Positions 8,585-18,585 of a stretch of DNA of 64,000 bases are shown here, piece after piece (position 1 is the stretch's first letter; the number at the start of each line of letters is the position of its first letter). The notes under the pieces are model-generated. The model was not told where the DNA came from. It searched no databases and saw only the letters and a list, made by a program, of their open reading frames with translations. The position numbers were made by a program, and so were the translations under genes. The DNA is taken from NCBI GenBank assembly GCA_944391965.1, contig CALXVH010000001.1, positions 38,828 through 102,827 on the forward strand. The letters run 5' to 3'. This DNA comes from an uncultured Clostridia bacterium (GTDB taxonomy: Bacteria > Bacillota > Clostridia > TANB77 > CAG-508).

Positions 8585-9244
8585 TTAGTCCTTCGCAATT
8601 GTTAATACTCCAATTTTTTTAGCACCATTTTCTTTAAGTATCCTACTACATTCATTTGTGGTACTGCCTGTTGTAAACACATCATCAAATAATAGTATTT
8701 TCTTATTTTTTACTTCTATGCTGTTTATTACACTATATGCATTTCTAATATTATCTTTTCTATCTACCTTATTTAAAGTACTTTGTGGTTTGATATTTTT
8801 TTGCTTTTGTAAAATATTTATCTTAACTTTTATTGTATTATCCTTTTTTTGTAGATCTTTTAATATTAAATATGCTTGATTGTATCCTCTTTCTCTATAT
8901 CTATATTTATGTAGTGGAATAGGAATTATATAATCATAACATCTTATGTATTTCATAACTTTTGAATTCGAATAGATAATCTCTCCAAACAATCTGTACA
9001 AATATGCTTTATCTTTAAATTTATATTGCCTAATTTTTTGTTTTATTATTCCATCATATTTAAAAATATGCATATGTTCATCATAATATATTCCTGATAT
9101 CTCTAGGAAACATTTTCTATGTGGAAATATTATTTTTTCTAACTTCTTTTTGCATCGGCAACATATTACTTCATTGCAAATTTTCTCACATATACAACAA
9201 GTTTGTGGGAAAAATAAATTGAGAGCTATATCAATAAGATTCAT
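8585..9244 (-). CDS. comFC: ComF family protein (amidophosphoribosyltransferase-like, ComFC)
   Basis: 219 aa with an N-terminal Cys-rich zinc-finger (CCICE...CCRC) and a PRTase motif LLFDDVFTTGST. Confidence 0.8.
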   Translation of the reverse strand: MNLIDIALNLFFPQTCCICEKICNEVICCRCKKKLEKIIFPHRKCFLEISGIYYDEHMHIFKYDGIIKQKIRQYKFKDKAYLYRLFGEIIYSNSKVMKYIRCYDYIIPIPLHKYRYRERGYNQAYLILKDLQKKDNTIKVKINILQKQKNIKPQSTLNKVDRKDNIRNAYSVINSIEVKNKKILLFDDVFTTGSTTNECSRILKENGAKKIGVLTIAKD

Positions 9245-9275
9245 ATTTCTCCTTATTTAGCCCCCAATTATAGTT

Positions 9276-11498
9276 CTAAGATATCATTTTTAATTTATAT
9301 TCTAAACCTGTATTACGAACTTTAGTATCCGCATTTTGTATCATAAATTTTACTACATTGTCATTTCCAATTAATATTAATAATTTTTTAGCTCTAGTTA
9401 AACCTGTATATAACAGATTTCTTGTAAGCAGCATTGCTGATGATTGTGTAACTACCATTATTACTACATCAAATTCGCTCCCCTGAGCTTTATGTACAGT
9501 TATTGCATAGGCATGTTCTATCTGATCCATATCAGAAAAAGCGTACCATGCTTCTTTTTCATCATCAAATAATATTTTTATTTGTTTATTTAAAAAATCT
9601 ATTTTTTCTATTTTTCCAAGTTCGCCATTGAATATTCCTGTTCCATCTTCATAAGTTAAACTTAATGTATTTCCTTTTTGCCAATATATATCATAATTAT
9701 TTTTAATCTGCATAACTCTATCACCTTCTCTAAAGATGACCTCCCCAATTTTCTTTTCTTTCTTTTGGTCATCTGAAGGATTTAATTCTTCCTGTAGTCT
9801 TTTATTAAGCTCTTTAGTTCCTAATAAGCCCTTTTTAGTTGGTGACAAAATTTGTGTATTTTCAAAAAAATCATAATCTCCAAAATTTTTTAATCGACCT
9901 TTACATAGTGAAATTACTTGTTCTAACATTATATCTTGACTTTTTTCTTTAATATAAAAGAAATCATCTTTTAATCCCTCTTGTTCTTCTTTATCTAAGA
10001 AATATTCCCCGTCATTTACCCTATGTGAATTAACAATTATTTTACTTTGCGCAGCTTGTCTAAAAATTTCATCTAAAAATATTGTTTTTATTCTTTCAGA
10101 ATTAATTATGTCTTTTAGCACACTTCCTGGTCCAACAGAAGGCAATTGGTCTGTATCTCCTACTAATATAAGTTTTGTTCCTTGATATATTCCGTTTAAT
10201 AAATAATTCATTAAATAGATATCCACCATTGATGCTTCATCAACTATAATAACATCTGCATCTATCGGTGCCACTTCATAATTCATAATTGTAAATTCAT
10301 TATCTTTCTCTATTTTTCCTATCTCTAATAATCTATGTAAAGTTTTTGCCTCTTCTCCTGTCATTTCTGTCATTCTTTTTGCAGCTCGTCCAGTAGGTGC
10401 ACACAAAACTACTTTCTTGCCATGTGATTTATAAATATCTATAACATTTTTTATGATAGTAGTTTTTCCTGTACCAGGTCCACCTGTTATAATAACTACA
10501 TTATTTGAATTTATAGCCTGTATAGCCTCTTTTTGTTTTTCAGAAAGGCTTATATTACTTGCCTTTTCTATTTTTTCTAATTCTTTATTAAAACCATCAA
10601 TCTTTTTTATATTTCTTGCTGAATCCAATAAAATCAACTTACTGGCAATATTTGCTTCTGCATCATATAATTCTTTACTATAAACCCAATTTTCTTCTTC
10701 TCTCTTTTCTATTACAATTTCTTCTTTTACATTTAAATCTATTAAACAATGTTCTATATCATCATCTTCTACTTTTAATAAATCTTTAACATATTTTATT
10801 AAATTAGCTTCTAATGTACAACAATGCCCATTATATGTAATTTTTACTAAACTATATTTTATTCCACATTTAATTCGTTTATAATTATTTATTTCAAAAC
10901 CGTTTTCTAACGCATATTTATCTAATTTTGTAAAATCTACATCTTTTACTAAATCTATTAATATATATGGATTCGCTTCTATTTCATCAATTGTTTGCGG
11001 ACCCAATTTTTTATAAATATTTTTTGCATTTGCTGGGCTTATTCCAAAATTATCTAAATATCCTACAATCTGCCAAAGGTCCCAATTTTCTACAAAGCAT
11101 TGTGCCATCTCTATTGCTTTTTCTTTAGTAATTCCTTTTATTTGTGTTAATTTTTCTGGTTCAAATTTAAATACATTAATAGTATCTTCACCAAAAGTTT
11201 TTACTATTTTTTTTGCTGTTGCAGGACCGATTCCTTTTATTGTTCCATTTGATAAATATTTTTCTAATGAATCCAATGTTTTAGGCATTATTTTTTCGAA
11301 AGTTTCTACTTTAAATTGTTTACCATATTCCCTATGAGTAACAAAATTTCCTATAACCTTTATATAATCTCCTTCCACTAAAAAAGGCATATATCCTACT
11401 ATGGTAATTGAATCTTCTTCATTTTCTAAAATTCCTATTAAATAGCTATTAACTTCGTTCTGATATATTATTTCTGTTAGTTGTCCTAAAAGTTCCAC
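9276..11498 (-). CDS. recD2: ATP-dependent RecD-like DNA helicase (RecD2)
   Basis: 740 aa with Walker A GGPGTGKTT, VDEASMV and SF1 helicase C-terminal motifs. The N-terminal region is HhH-like. Confidence 0.9.
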   Translation of the reverse strand: MELLGQLTEIIYQNEVNSYLIGILENEEDSITIVGYMPFLVEGDYIKVIGNFVTHREYGKQFKVETFEKIMPKTLDSLEKYLSNGTIKGIGPATAKKIVKTFGEDTINVFKFEPEKLTQIKGITKEKAIEMAQCFVENWDLWQIVGYLDNFGISPANAKNIYKKLGPQTIDEIEANPYILIDLVKDVDFTKLDKYALENGFEINNYKRIKCGIKYSLVKITYNGHCCTLEANLIKYVKDLLKVEDDDIEHCLIDLNVKEEIVIEKREEENWVYSKELYDAEANIASKLILLDSARNIKKIDGFNKELEKIEKASNISLSEKQKEAIQAINSNNVVIITGGPGTGKTTIIKNVIDIYKSHGKKVVLCAPTGRAAKRMTEMTGEEAKTLHRLLEIGKIEKDNEFTIMNYEVAPIDADVIIVDEASMVDIYLMNYLLNGIYQGTKLILVGDTDQLPSVGPGSVLKDIINSERIKTIFLDEIFRQAAQSKIIVNSHRVNDGEYFLDKEEQEGLKDDFFYIKEKSQDIMLEQVISLCKGRLKNFGDYDFFENTQILSPTKKGLLGTKELNKRLQEELNPSDDQKKEKKIGEVIFREGDRVMQIKNNYDIYWQKGNTLSLTYEDGTGIFNGELGKIEKIDFLNKQIKILFDDEKEAWYAFSDMDQIEHAYAITVHKAQGSEFDVVIMVVTQSSAMLLTRNLLYTGLTRAKKLLILIGNDNVVKFMIQNADTKVRNTGLEYKLKMIS

Positions 11499-11568
11499 TT
11501 TTTACCTCTTTTCTACAGTATACCTGCTAATGCAACAATTTTATCATATTAGTTAAATATTAACAAAT

Positions 11569-11919
11569 CTATTTTGAAATTTCATCCATTATTTCTTTAC
11601 ATTCATTCCAATCTGATGCTTTTATAAAATTATAATCTTTTGATAGTTTTGAGATTATCTCGTATGTATCATCAGTCGAGTCCAAGTCTACCATTATAAT
11701 TCCCTTTGTTAGTTCTTCTTTTCCATATAACAGCTTACAAATTATATTTCTTGTAAAACATTCTATTTTATCTTCTTGATTTTTGGCAGCTATTATTACA
11801 TATATTCCATCTTGCTTAAATTTGGTACAAGCAAAATAATATCTGATAGTTTTTGCAATTTCTATTAAACCATATAATGCAAATGTCCATATTATAGCAT
11901 TTGGTATAAAATCCTGCAT
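11569..11919 (-). CDS. Small membrane protein with truncated GT2-like segment (hypothetical)
   Basis: 116 aa with an N-terminal TM. VIIAAKNQED...MVDLDSTDDT resembles the N-terminal part of family-2 glycosyltransferases, but the ORF is too short for a catalytic domain. Confidence 0.5.
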   Translation of the reverse strand: MQDFIPNAIIWTFALYGLIEIAKTIRYYFACTKFKQDGIYVIIAAKNQEDKIECFTRNIICKLLYGKEELTKGIIMVDLDSTDDTYEIISKLSKDYNFIKASDWNECKEIMDEISK

Positions 11920-12061
11920 ATAATCACCTTCTTATATAGTATATGTTTTTGGCTATAAAATGTTAAAAGCACTTTGTTTTTTACAAAGTGCTGATATATA
12001 TAAACGAAGAGGGCTAATTCTTCTAATTTATAACTATTATTTTAGAATAATTAATAACTTG

Positions 12062-13066
12062 TTATTTTCTTTTTTTGCCATCTAAAGCATCAAGATTATC
12101 TAAAGCTTTTCCTGTTCCTAATGCCACACAAGAAATCGCATCTTCTGCAATCATTACATTTATACCTGTTTTTTCTTGTAATAATTTATCTAAACCATCT
12201 ACTAGGCAGCCTCCGCCTGTCATGTATATTCCTCTATCACTTATATCTGCTGCAAGTTCTGGTGGAGTTTTTTCTAAAACTGAATGAACAGAGTCCACAA
12301 TCATCATTGCTGGCTCTATCAGAGCTTCTAGCATTTCACTAGAATATACTGTAATTGTTTTTGGTAAACCTGTTGATAAATCTCTTCCTCTTATATCCAT
12401 CTCTACATCTTGTATTTTTGGATAAACACAGCCTATATTTATTTTTAAATCTTCTGCTGTTCTTTCACCTATCATTATATTGTGTTTTCTCTTAATATAT
12501 TTTACTATTGCTTCATCTAATTTATCTCCTGCAACTTTTAAAGAAGTACTTACAACAGAACCGCCTAAAGAAATTACAGCAATATCTGTAGTTCCTCCTC
12601 CAATATCTACTATCATATTTCCACATGGTTTAGAGATATCTATTCCAGCACCTATTGCTGCTGCTATTGGTTCTTCTATTAAATATACTTTACGAGCACC
12701 TGCTTGTGATGCTGCATCTATTACTGCTCTTTTCTCTACTTCTGTTACTTGAGAAGGTATACATATCATTATTCTTGGTGCGAATATAAATTTACCACAC
12801 ACTTTATTTATAAAATATTTTAACATTTTTTCTGTTACTGTATAATCTGATATTACCCCATCTCTTAGTGGTCTAGTGGCTACGATATTTCCCGGTGTTC
12901 TTCCTAGCATTCTTCTTGCTTCCTGACCTACTGCAAGAACATCTCCAGAATTTTTATCTACAGCAACAACAGAAGGTTCTCTTAAAACAATACCTTTGCC
13001 TTTTACATATGCAATTACTGTTGCTGTACCTAAATCTATTCCTATATCTTGACCAAAACCAAACAT
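12062..13066 (-). CDS. mreB: Rod shape-determining protein MreB/Mbl
   Basis: 334 aa, actin-like ATPase motifs DLGTATV and DIGGGTTD. Confidence 0.95.
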   Translation of the reverse strand: MFGFGQDIGIDLGTATVIAYVKGKGIVLREPSVVAVDKNSGDVLAVGQEARRMLGRTPGNIVATRPLRDGVISDYTVTEKMLKYFINKVCGKFIFAPRIMICIPSQVTEVEKRAVIDAASQAGARKVYLIEEPIAAAIGAGIDISKPCGNMIVDIGGGTTDIAVISLGGSVVSTSLKVAGDKLDEAIVKYIKRKHNIMIGERTAEDLKINIGCVYPKIQDVEMDIRGRDLSTGLPKTITVYSSEMLEALIEPAMMIVDSVHSVLEKTPPELAADISDRGIYMTGGGCLVDGLDKLLQEKTGINVMIAEDAISCVALGTGKALDNLDALDGKKRK

Positions 13067-13229
13067 TGATACTCTCCTTTTCTATTATTATTACAAGTCT
13101 GTTACAATTATATTACAAAAAATTTAAAATAGCAATAAAAATATTTATATAATTTATAATATTTTTATTGCTATCAATTATATTACAATGTAATTAATAA
13201 AATTTCAAGTATTTTTATAAGTTTATTTA

Positions 13230-13742
13230 TTAAAATGGGAAAAGTCCAAATAAATATCCAACTGGCATATAATAAATTACAATTAATCCTCCTGCTACAA
13301 GAGCCATCTTTTGAGTTTGAGTAAGTTTAATATCAATAGGATTTAATAAGTAATCTGGTGCTGTATCTGACATTGAAATTTCTACTCTCTCTGTTCCTTG
13401 ACATTTATATTTTATAGTAAAGTATTGGCTTTCATCTGGTTCTAATTTAAATATTTGCGCATATCCAGTATTTATATTATTATCATACTCTGAATAGCAG
13501 TCTAATTTAATAAATTTATTTTCTATAGTACTTCCTGTAGTATTTGTTATACATCCATAAATATAACCATTTGCATTTGTTGCTTTTGAATCTATTATTT
13601 CTATTTTTGGATTTTCAAATAACACTGTACATTCTTTTGGCTTATACATTGATATTATTATTAATTTTGACATTATTGAGACAAATATAAATAATAATAC
13701 TAATAGTAGTGCATATTTAAGATATTTCTTAAATTTATCCAT
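13230..13742 (-). CDS. Hypothetical membrane protein (N- and C-terminal TM, beta-rich middle)
   Basis: 170-aa ORF with TM helices at both ends. No family is recognised with confidence; it may be FxLYD-like. Confidence 0.55.
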   Translation of the reverse strand: MDKFKKYLKYALLLVLLFIFVSIMSKLIIISMYKPKECTVLFENPKIEIIDSKATNANGYIYGCITNTTGSTIENKFIKLDCYSEYDNNINTGYAQIFKLEPDESQYFTIKYKCQGTERVEISMSDTAPDYLLNPIDIKLTQTQKMALVAGGLIVIYYMPVGYLFGLFPF

Positions 13743-13804
13743 TTTTTACTCCTTTTTCCTTCATTTTTCCCCTATATTATATAACAGTCTACATAATTTG
13801 TAAA

Positions 13805-13870
13805 TAGAATTTAGGGACGTTCCTTTTTTTCTACCTAAATTATGGATTCGAAGAACGCCCCCAAATTCTA
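13805..13870. repeat. Family-1 repeat, degenerate composite with different outer arms
   Basis: TAGAATTT-AGGGACGTTCC...GAAGAACGCCCCC-AAATTCTA. It has one inverted and one forward degenerate core, enclosed by TAGAATTT/AAATTCTA arms. It lies 4 nt from the stop at 13875. Confidence 0.65.
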
Positions 13871-13874
13871 TAGC

Positions 13875-14246
13875 TTATATAAATTCTCCTGTACTTTCTA
13901 CCATATATTTATATATTGAATCTACTAAACTTGCTAAATATTCTACGTCATCAATCGTTACATCATTTGTATCTACTTGATTATATTCTGCATTTATATT
14001 TAACATTTCTTTAAATAATTTTTCGTCTTTATCTTCATATGTATTTACTATATTCATTACAGTTGAATTTGGCATATCCATATTGAATTTATGTTTTATA
14101 TATTTAATATTTATATACTCTAAAATTGCTGCTAATTTAAAATATGCTTCTTTATAATCTTGCTCTTTTATTAATTTATCAATTATTGCTAATTTTTCTT
14201 TTAAGTAATTATTCTTTTCTAAATTTTCTACCATTTCTTTATCCAT
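13875..14246 (-). CDS. Hypothetical acidic all-helical protein (orphan cassette gene 3)
   Basis: 123-aa ORF. Its start overlaps the upstream stop (TAATG at 14244-14248), implying translational coupling. It contains no Arg residues, and I recognise no family. Confidence 0.6.
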   Translation of the reverse strand: MDKEMVENLEKNNYLKEKLAIIDKLIKEQDYKEAYFKLAAILEYINIKYIKHKFNMDMPNSTVMNIVNTYEDKDEKLFKEMLNINAEYNQVDTNDVTIDDVEYLASLVDSIYKYMVESTGEFI

Positions 14247-15271
14247 TATCTTTCATCTCCTTCATCATTTGTTTTGTATAACATTTCAAGTTCATCTTTT
14301 TGTAGTCCTGCTTTTACAGCGATTTCATGAGCTTCTCTACGAGATTTTAGTTTTCTTAAAGATTCTATTAATTCCGGTGTATCTTGTAACATAAAACTTT
14401 CTTGATATTCAGATGTTTTATCAATTAGCAAAACATTATCTGCATTACAAATTGGATATCTATATTCATTATCTGATAATAAAGTAATTAGTTTTTCATC
14501 ATATATGTGTACAGACATCTGTCCAAAACAAGGTACATCTATAACAAAAACATTTTCTTCCCTTTTGCCATTTTTTACTTTTGCTAGTCCGAAAGATTGC
14601 GTTTTATCTTCTTTAAGTATTTTTATACTTTCAGCTATTGCTTCATCTTTTATTGCCATACAATCTACATATCCTTTAGCTAATGCATCATATCCTCTTT
14701 TTCTCAAGATTTCTATTTCATCTATAGTTATTCCATTTTTTGCTAATTGTCTTTGAGCGATATTAGCAGCCTTAGTATTCATATTGCTTTCTGCAATAAA
14801 ATATCTATGTGCTGATTTTGCTATCTGATCTATTTCTTTCCCATCAAAGTGATATATTAAACTTTTATAACCTGCGTTTTCTCTGTTTTTTTCAGTAAAC
14901 ATATCACTTAACATTTGTTTCTGTACATCCCTACAAGTATGTGCTATACGATTTGAGTAAAATATTTCTAATGCCTTTTCTGTTGATGGTATTCCTTCTG
15001 CAGATTCCATAATCTCATGTAAATCAAAATCATAATCTAATTCTATTTGTTTAGCTTCAGGCTTCTTCTCTTCAAATTTTCTAAAATCAATTCTATATCC
15101 AGGAAAAATTCTTTCAAGTGTACCTGCTATAAGATTTAACCTATCCATATTATCTAACATCTTATAGTTTTTTAGTTCAAATTTATATCCTTGTTTTCTA
15201 AAAAAATCAACAGCTCGACTTGTTTTTTCCATTCTCATTTCTCTATTTATTTTTTTATAATTTATTCTCAT
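14246..15271 (-). CDS. Hypothetical protein (orphan cassette gene 2)
   Basis: 341 aa from the ATG at 15271, which follows AAAGGTG. The ORF track uses a GTG 3 codons earlier. It has no TM and no recognisable catalytic motif. Confidence 0.6.
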   Translation of the reverse strand: MRINYKKINREMRMEKTSRAVDFFRKQGYKFELKNYKMLDNMDRLNLIAGTLERIFPGYRIDFRKFEEKKPEAKQIELDYDFDLHEIMESAEGIPSTEKALEIFYSNRIAHTCRDVQKQMLSDMFTEKNRENAGYKSLIYHFDGKEIDQIAKSAHRYFIAESNMNTKAANIAQRQLAKNGITIDEIEILRKRGYDALAKGYVDCMAIKDEAIAESIKILKEDKTQSFGLAKVKNGKREENVFVIDVPCFGQMSVHIYDEKLITLLSDNEYRYPICNADNVLLIDKTSEYQESFMLQDTPELIESLRKLKSRREAHEIAVKAGLQKDELEMLYKTNDEGDER

Positions 15272-15299
15272 TAATATCACCTTTTCAAATATATGGGTA

Positions 15300-15320
15300 G
15301 GACAGGCGTTACGCCTGTCC
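15300..15320 (-). other. Perfect GC-rich hairpin overlapping the stop codon of the 79-aa gene
   Basis: GGACAGGCG-TTA-CGCCTGTCC, a 9-bp stem. No clear U-tract follows on the minus strand. It sits between cassette genes 1 and 2. Confidence 0.7.
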
Positions 15321-15548
15321 CTGTGTCAATTCTTTAACTTGGTCGAGATATGCTTTCAGCATATCTTGAACCTCCGGTGATTCCTCGTCTTCCATCAAAT
15401 CTTTGACTGCGATTTCAATATCCGCAAGTTTCATTTCGATGGCTAATCTTTCGTTAGAATTGACACTTTGTGGAGTTTTCTTTCTGAACGCTTCAATCTT
15501 TGCATTCACTTCAGAAACATATGATGTTATCTCATGTTGCTTTGCCAT
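15309..15548 (-). CDS. Hypothetical small helical protein, G+C-elevated (orphan cassette gene 1)
   Basis: 79 aa from the ATG preceded by AGGAGGA; the ORF track starts 8 codons earlier. My hand count is 94 G+C in 240 nt (about 39%), against roughly 28% in the flanks. Confidence 0.6.
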   Translation of the reverse strand: MAKQHEITSYVSEVNAKIEAFRKKTPQSVNSNERLAIEMKLADIEIAVKDLMEDEESPEVQDMLKAYLDQVKELTQGQA

Positions 15549-15672
15549 TATGTATCCTCCTATTTTTGTCAACTGTTTACGTTACACCATATATTATAGC
15601 ATATTTTTCTAGTTATGTAAATTATTAGACAAATTTATTGTAATGTCCTCCTATAAAAAACAGACAAAAATA

Positions 15673-15699
15673 GGGATTTGAGGAACGTCCCCAAATCCC
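15673..15699 (+). repeat. Family-1 hairpin repeat, canonical unit
   Basis: GGGATTT-GAGGAACGTCCCC-AAATCCC, 11 nt from the pyk stop. The minus-strand RNA follows with UAUUUUUG. Confidence 0.85.
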
Positions 15700-15710
15700 T
15701 TTTATCGTTA

Positions 15711-17165
15711 TTATATTTTTAAGATACCTCCAACTGTTTTATTAACAGCATATTTTGATTTTTCTTTGCTCATTATTTGTGGTCCTCCACATAAAACAGC
15801 TGTATCTCCTTCTTCTAAGTTTCCTAATTCTATTAATTTTTCTACACCTTTTTCAATTGTGTCATCAATATCTGTTCCATTTTTGATTAAGATTGGGTAT
15901 ACATTCCAAATTGGTCCTAATTGATTGTATACTTTTTCTGAATCTGTAATAGCAAATATTGGACATGCTGCTCCATATCCTGCTAATCTTCTTGCAGAAT
16001 TTCCTGTATGTGTGTAGTCTATTATAGCATCAGCTTTAATATCTCTTGCTGTTACACATGTTGTATATGCTGCATGTGATTCGATATCTGCTTCTTCTAT
16101 TTTCCAATCTTTCTTTGTAAATCTCTTCCAGTAATTAATTGTTGGTTCTACACTTTTAGCAACTTTTACCATTGTGTTAACACATTCTAATGGATAATCT
16201 CCCATTGCTGTTTCTCCAGAAAGCATTATACATCCTGTTCTATCGTAAATAGCATTTGCAACGTCACTTACTTCAGCTCTTGTTGGTAATGGGTTGTTTG
16301 TCATGCTTTCTAACATTTGTGTAGCTGTTATTACTAATTTTCCTTCTTCGTTACATCTTTTAATAAATCTTTTTTGTACAACTGGTACTTCTTCGAATGG
16401 AACTTCTACAGCCATGTCACCACGAGCTACCATTATACCATCACAAGCTGCTAAAATTTCTTCGAAGTTGTCTATTCCTTCTTGATTTTCGATTTTAGCT
16501 AAGATTTTAACATCTTTTCCGCCATTATCATCTAATACTTTACGCATTTGGGCTACATCTTCTTTATTTCTTACAAATGATGCAGAAACATAATCAAATC
16601 CAACTCTTGCTCCATTTGATAAGTCGTTTATATCTTTTGGGCTTAAGAATGGTATTTTTATAGAAACACCTGGTACATTTATACTTTTTCTTGATCCTGC
16701 ACCACCATCATTTAATACAGTTCCTACTATATCCTTATCTTTAATTTCATCTACTCTTACTTGAATTTTTCCATCATCAATTAAAATTAAGTTTCCTGGT
16801 TTTACATCTTTATATAAATCTTTATAAGATAATGATGTACCTTCTTCATCTCCTAATCTATCTTCATAGAAGAATGTGAATTTTTGTCCTTCTTTTAATT
16901 GTACTTTTACATCTCTTCCGGCTTTATTTAATGCTGTTCTTATTTCTGGTCCTTTTGTGTCTAGCATAATAGCAACAGGTAGACCTAATTCTTTTCTTAT
17001 TTCAAAAAATCTTTCTATTTTGTCTTTTTGTTCCTCAAAATCTCCATGAGAAAAATTAATTCTTGCAATAGACATTCCAGCTTTCATTAATTCATCCATT
17101 CTATTTTCTACTGCTGGTCCTATTGTACATACAATATTTGTTTTTCTTAAATTTCTTTCTTTCAC
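15711..17165 (-). CDS. pyk: Pyruvate kinase
   Basis: 484 aa with motifs NIVCTIGP and MVARGDMAVE. GTG start with an AGGAGG SD. Confidence 0.95.
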   Translation of the reverse strand: MKERNLRKTNIVCTIGPAVENRMDELMKAGMSIARINFSHGDFEEQKDKIERFFEIRKELGLPVAIMLDTKGPEIRTALNKAGRDVKVQLKEGQKFTFFYEDRLGDEEGTSLSYKDLYKDVKPGNLILIDDGKIQVRVDEIKDKDIVGTVLNDGGAGSRKSINVPGVSIKIPFLSPKDINDLSNGARVGFDYVSASFVRNKEDVAQMRKVLDDNGGKDVKILAKIENQEGIDNFEEILAACDGIMVARGDMAVEVPFEEVPVVQKRFIKRCNEEGKLVITATQMLESMTNNPLPTRAEVSDVANAIYDRTGCIMLSGETAMGDYPLECVNTMVKVAKSVEPTINYWKRFTKKDWKIEEADIESHAAYTTCVTARDIKADAIIDYTHTGNSARRLAGYGAACPIFAITDSEKVYNQLGPIWNVYPILIKNGTDIDDTIEKGVEKLIELGNLEEGDTAVLCGGPQIMSKEKSKYAVNKTVGGILKI

Positions 17166-17310
17166 AATAATTACCTCCTAGAATTTGACACTAGATGGTA
17201 TTATATCATAAAAAATTTTGCTTAACAATACATTTTTCAACATTTTTTATGATAAAAAATTTTTTCGTTACTGGTGTAATTGCAAGCTAAAACATATATG
17301 TAACAAAATT

Positions 17311-18420
17311 TTATTTATTTAAAGCTTCATCCATTACTTTACTTAGATATTTCATACTATTTAAACATTGGTCCATTGTATTTCCAGTTGCTCCTATTTC
17401 CATTATTGTAGCAGCTTTTGCAACATGTTGATTATATCTTGAATTTCTTACCATTATTGGTTTGAATAACCCTGGGTATAGTTCATTACCCTTTTCTACA
17501 ATTTTTATCGCATATTTTAAATTTTGTACCCATTGGCTATGTGTAAGCCCTCCTCCATCTGTTCCTATTACAAACATTATTTGTGCTACATAGTCATCAC
17601 CAATCTTAACTGTAGGTGCATATGTGCCAGCTTCTCCCACTGCATCTCTATGCAAATCTATAACAATTTGAGTATTAGGATTTGCTGCTAAGTCATTTTT
17701 TATACTAGTAAGAGATCTATTATATGATCCACTATATGCAGGATAATCATGATATGTTTCATCATGTATTACATTAAATCCATAATTTGTTAACCTGTCT
17801 TTTAACTCTCTTCCTACTCTCACAACAGAGAAATTTAAATCTGTTGTTCTAAAATTACCACTTGGTGTATATTCAAAACCTCTACTTTGTGTGTAGCTTT
17901 CACAAGTATGTGTATGATAGATAATAATATCTTTTTTATTCTCTAATTCTATGTCTGGAATTAACATTTCTTGTGTTAATTCATATTTTGATTCATTTTT
18001 TATTTGTACACCATTATACTCATTTGTATATTTAGCATTAATATTTCCTCCAGATACTACTTCTGTTTGTAGCCCTGTCTGAGCTTCTTCTGTACTTATC
18101 GCCGCCACTTGTGTTTGATTTTGAATCTGAATTGTATTTTCATTTGCTATTTGTTCTGTTTCATTAGATTTTATATATTTACTCATTTGCAATTCTGAAC
18201 TTAATATTTGTTCTGTATTATCTCTATCTATACTTTTAAATTCTTTTAGCGAATTTCCACTAGTAGAAATTATTGTATCTTCTATAACTGGAATTAATGA
18301 TAAATTTTTTATTTTATCTTTTCCAAGCAAAAATATTTTTATTATAAGCATTATTAAAAAAGCCATTATAACTAAAGTCATAATAGCATTTTTTGCTTTT
18401 ATTACTCTCATATTTATCAT
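17311..18420 (-). CDS. spoIIP: Stage II sporulation protein P
   Basis: IIIYHTHTCESY signature and an N-terminal TM. The start is set at the ATG after AAGGGTGA; the ORF track starts at a GTG 7 codons upstream. Confidence 0.8.
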   Translation of the reverse strand: MINMRVIKAKNAIMTLVIMAFLIMLIIKIFLLGKDKIKNLSLIPVIEDTIISTSGNSLKEFKSIDRDNTEQILSSELQMSKYIKSNETEQIANENTIQIQNQTQVAAISTEEAQTGLQTEVVSGGNINAKYTNEYNGVQIKNESKYELTQEMLIPDIELENKKDIIIYHTHTCESYTQSRGFEYTPSGNFRTTDLNFSVVRVGRELKDRLTNYGFNVIHDETYHDYPAYSGSYNRSLTSIKNDLAANPNTQIVIDLHRDAVGEAGTYAPTVKIGDDYVAQIMFVIGTDGGGLTHSQWVQNLKYAIKIVEKGNELYPGLFKPIMVRNSRYNQHVAKAATIMEIGATGNTMDQCLNSMKYLSKVMDEALNK

Positions 18421-18492
18421 AAAATTTTCACCCTTGTACACATATACTTAAAATATATATATTCAGATCTCATAAAAATATGACAAGTATTT

Positions 18493-18566
18493 CGGGATTT
18501 GGGGACGTTCCTAAAATCCCGAAAAGGGAAAAAAGGAACGTCCCCAAATCACAGGAACGTCCCAAA
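18493..18566. repeat. Family-1 repeats, three cores (one inverted, two forward)
   Basis: CGGGATTT-GGGGACGTTCC-TAAAATCCCG (18493-18521), GGGAAAAAAGGAACGTCCCCAAATC (18526-18550) and AGGAACGTCCC (18553-18563). The locus lies 19 nt from the hisS stop. Confidence 0.85.
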
Positions 18567-18585
18567 AAATTCATATATATCTTTG

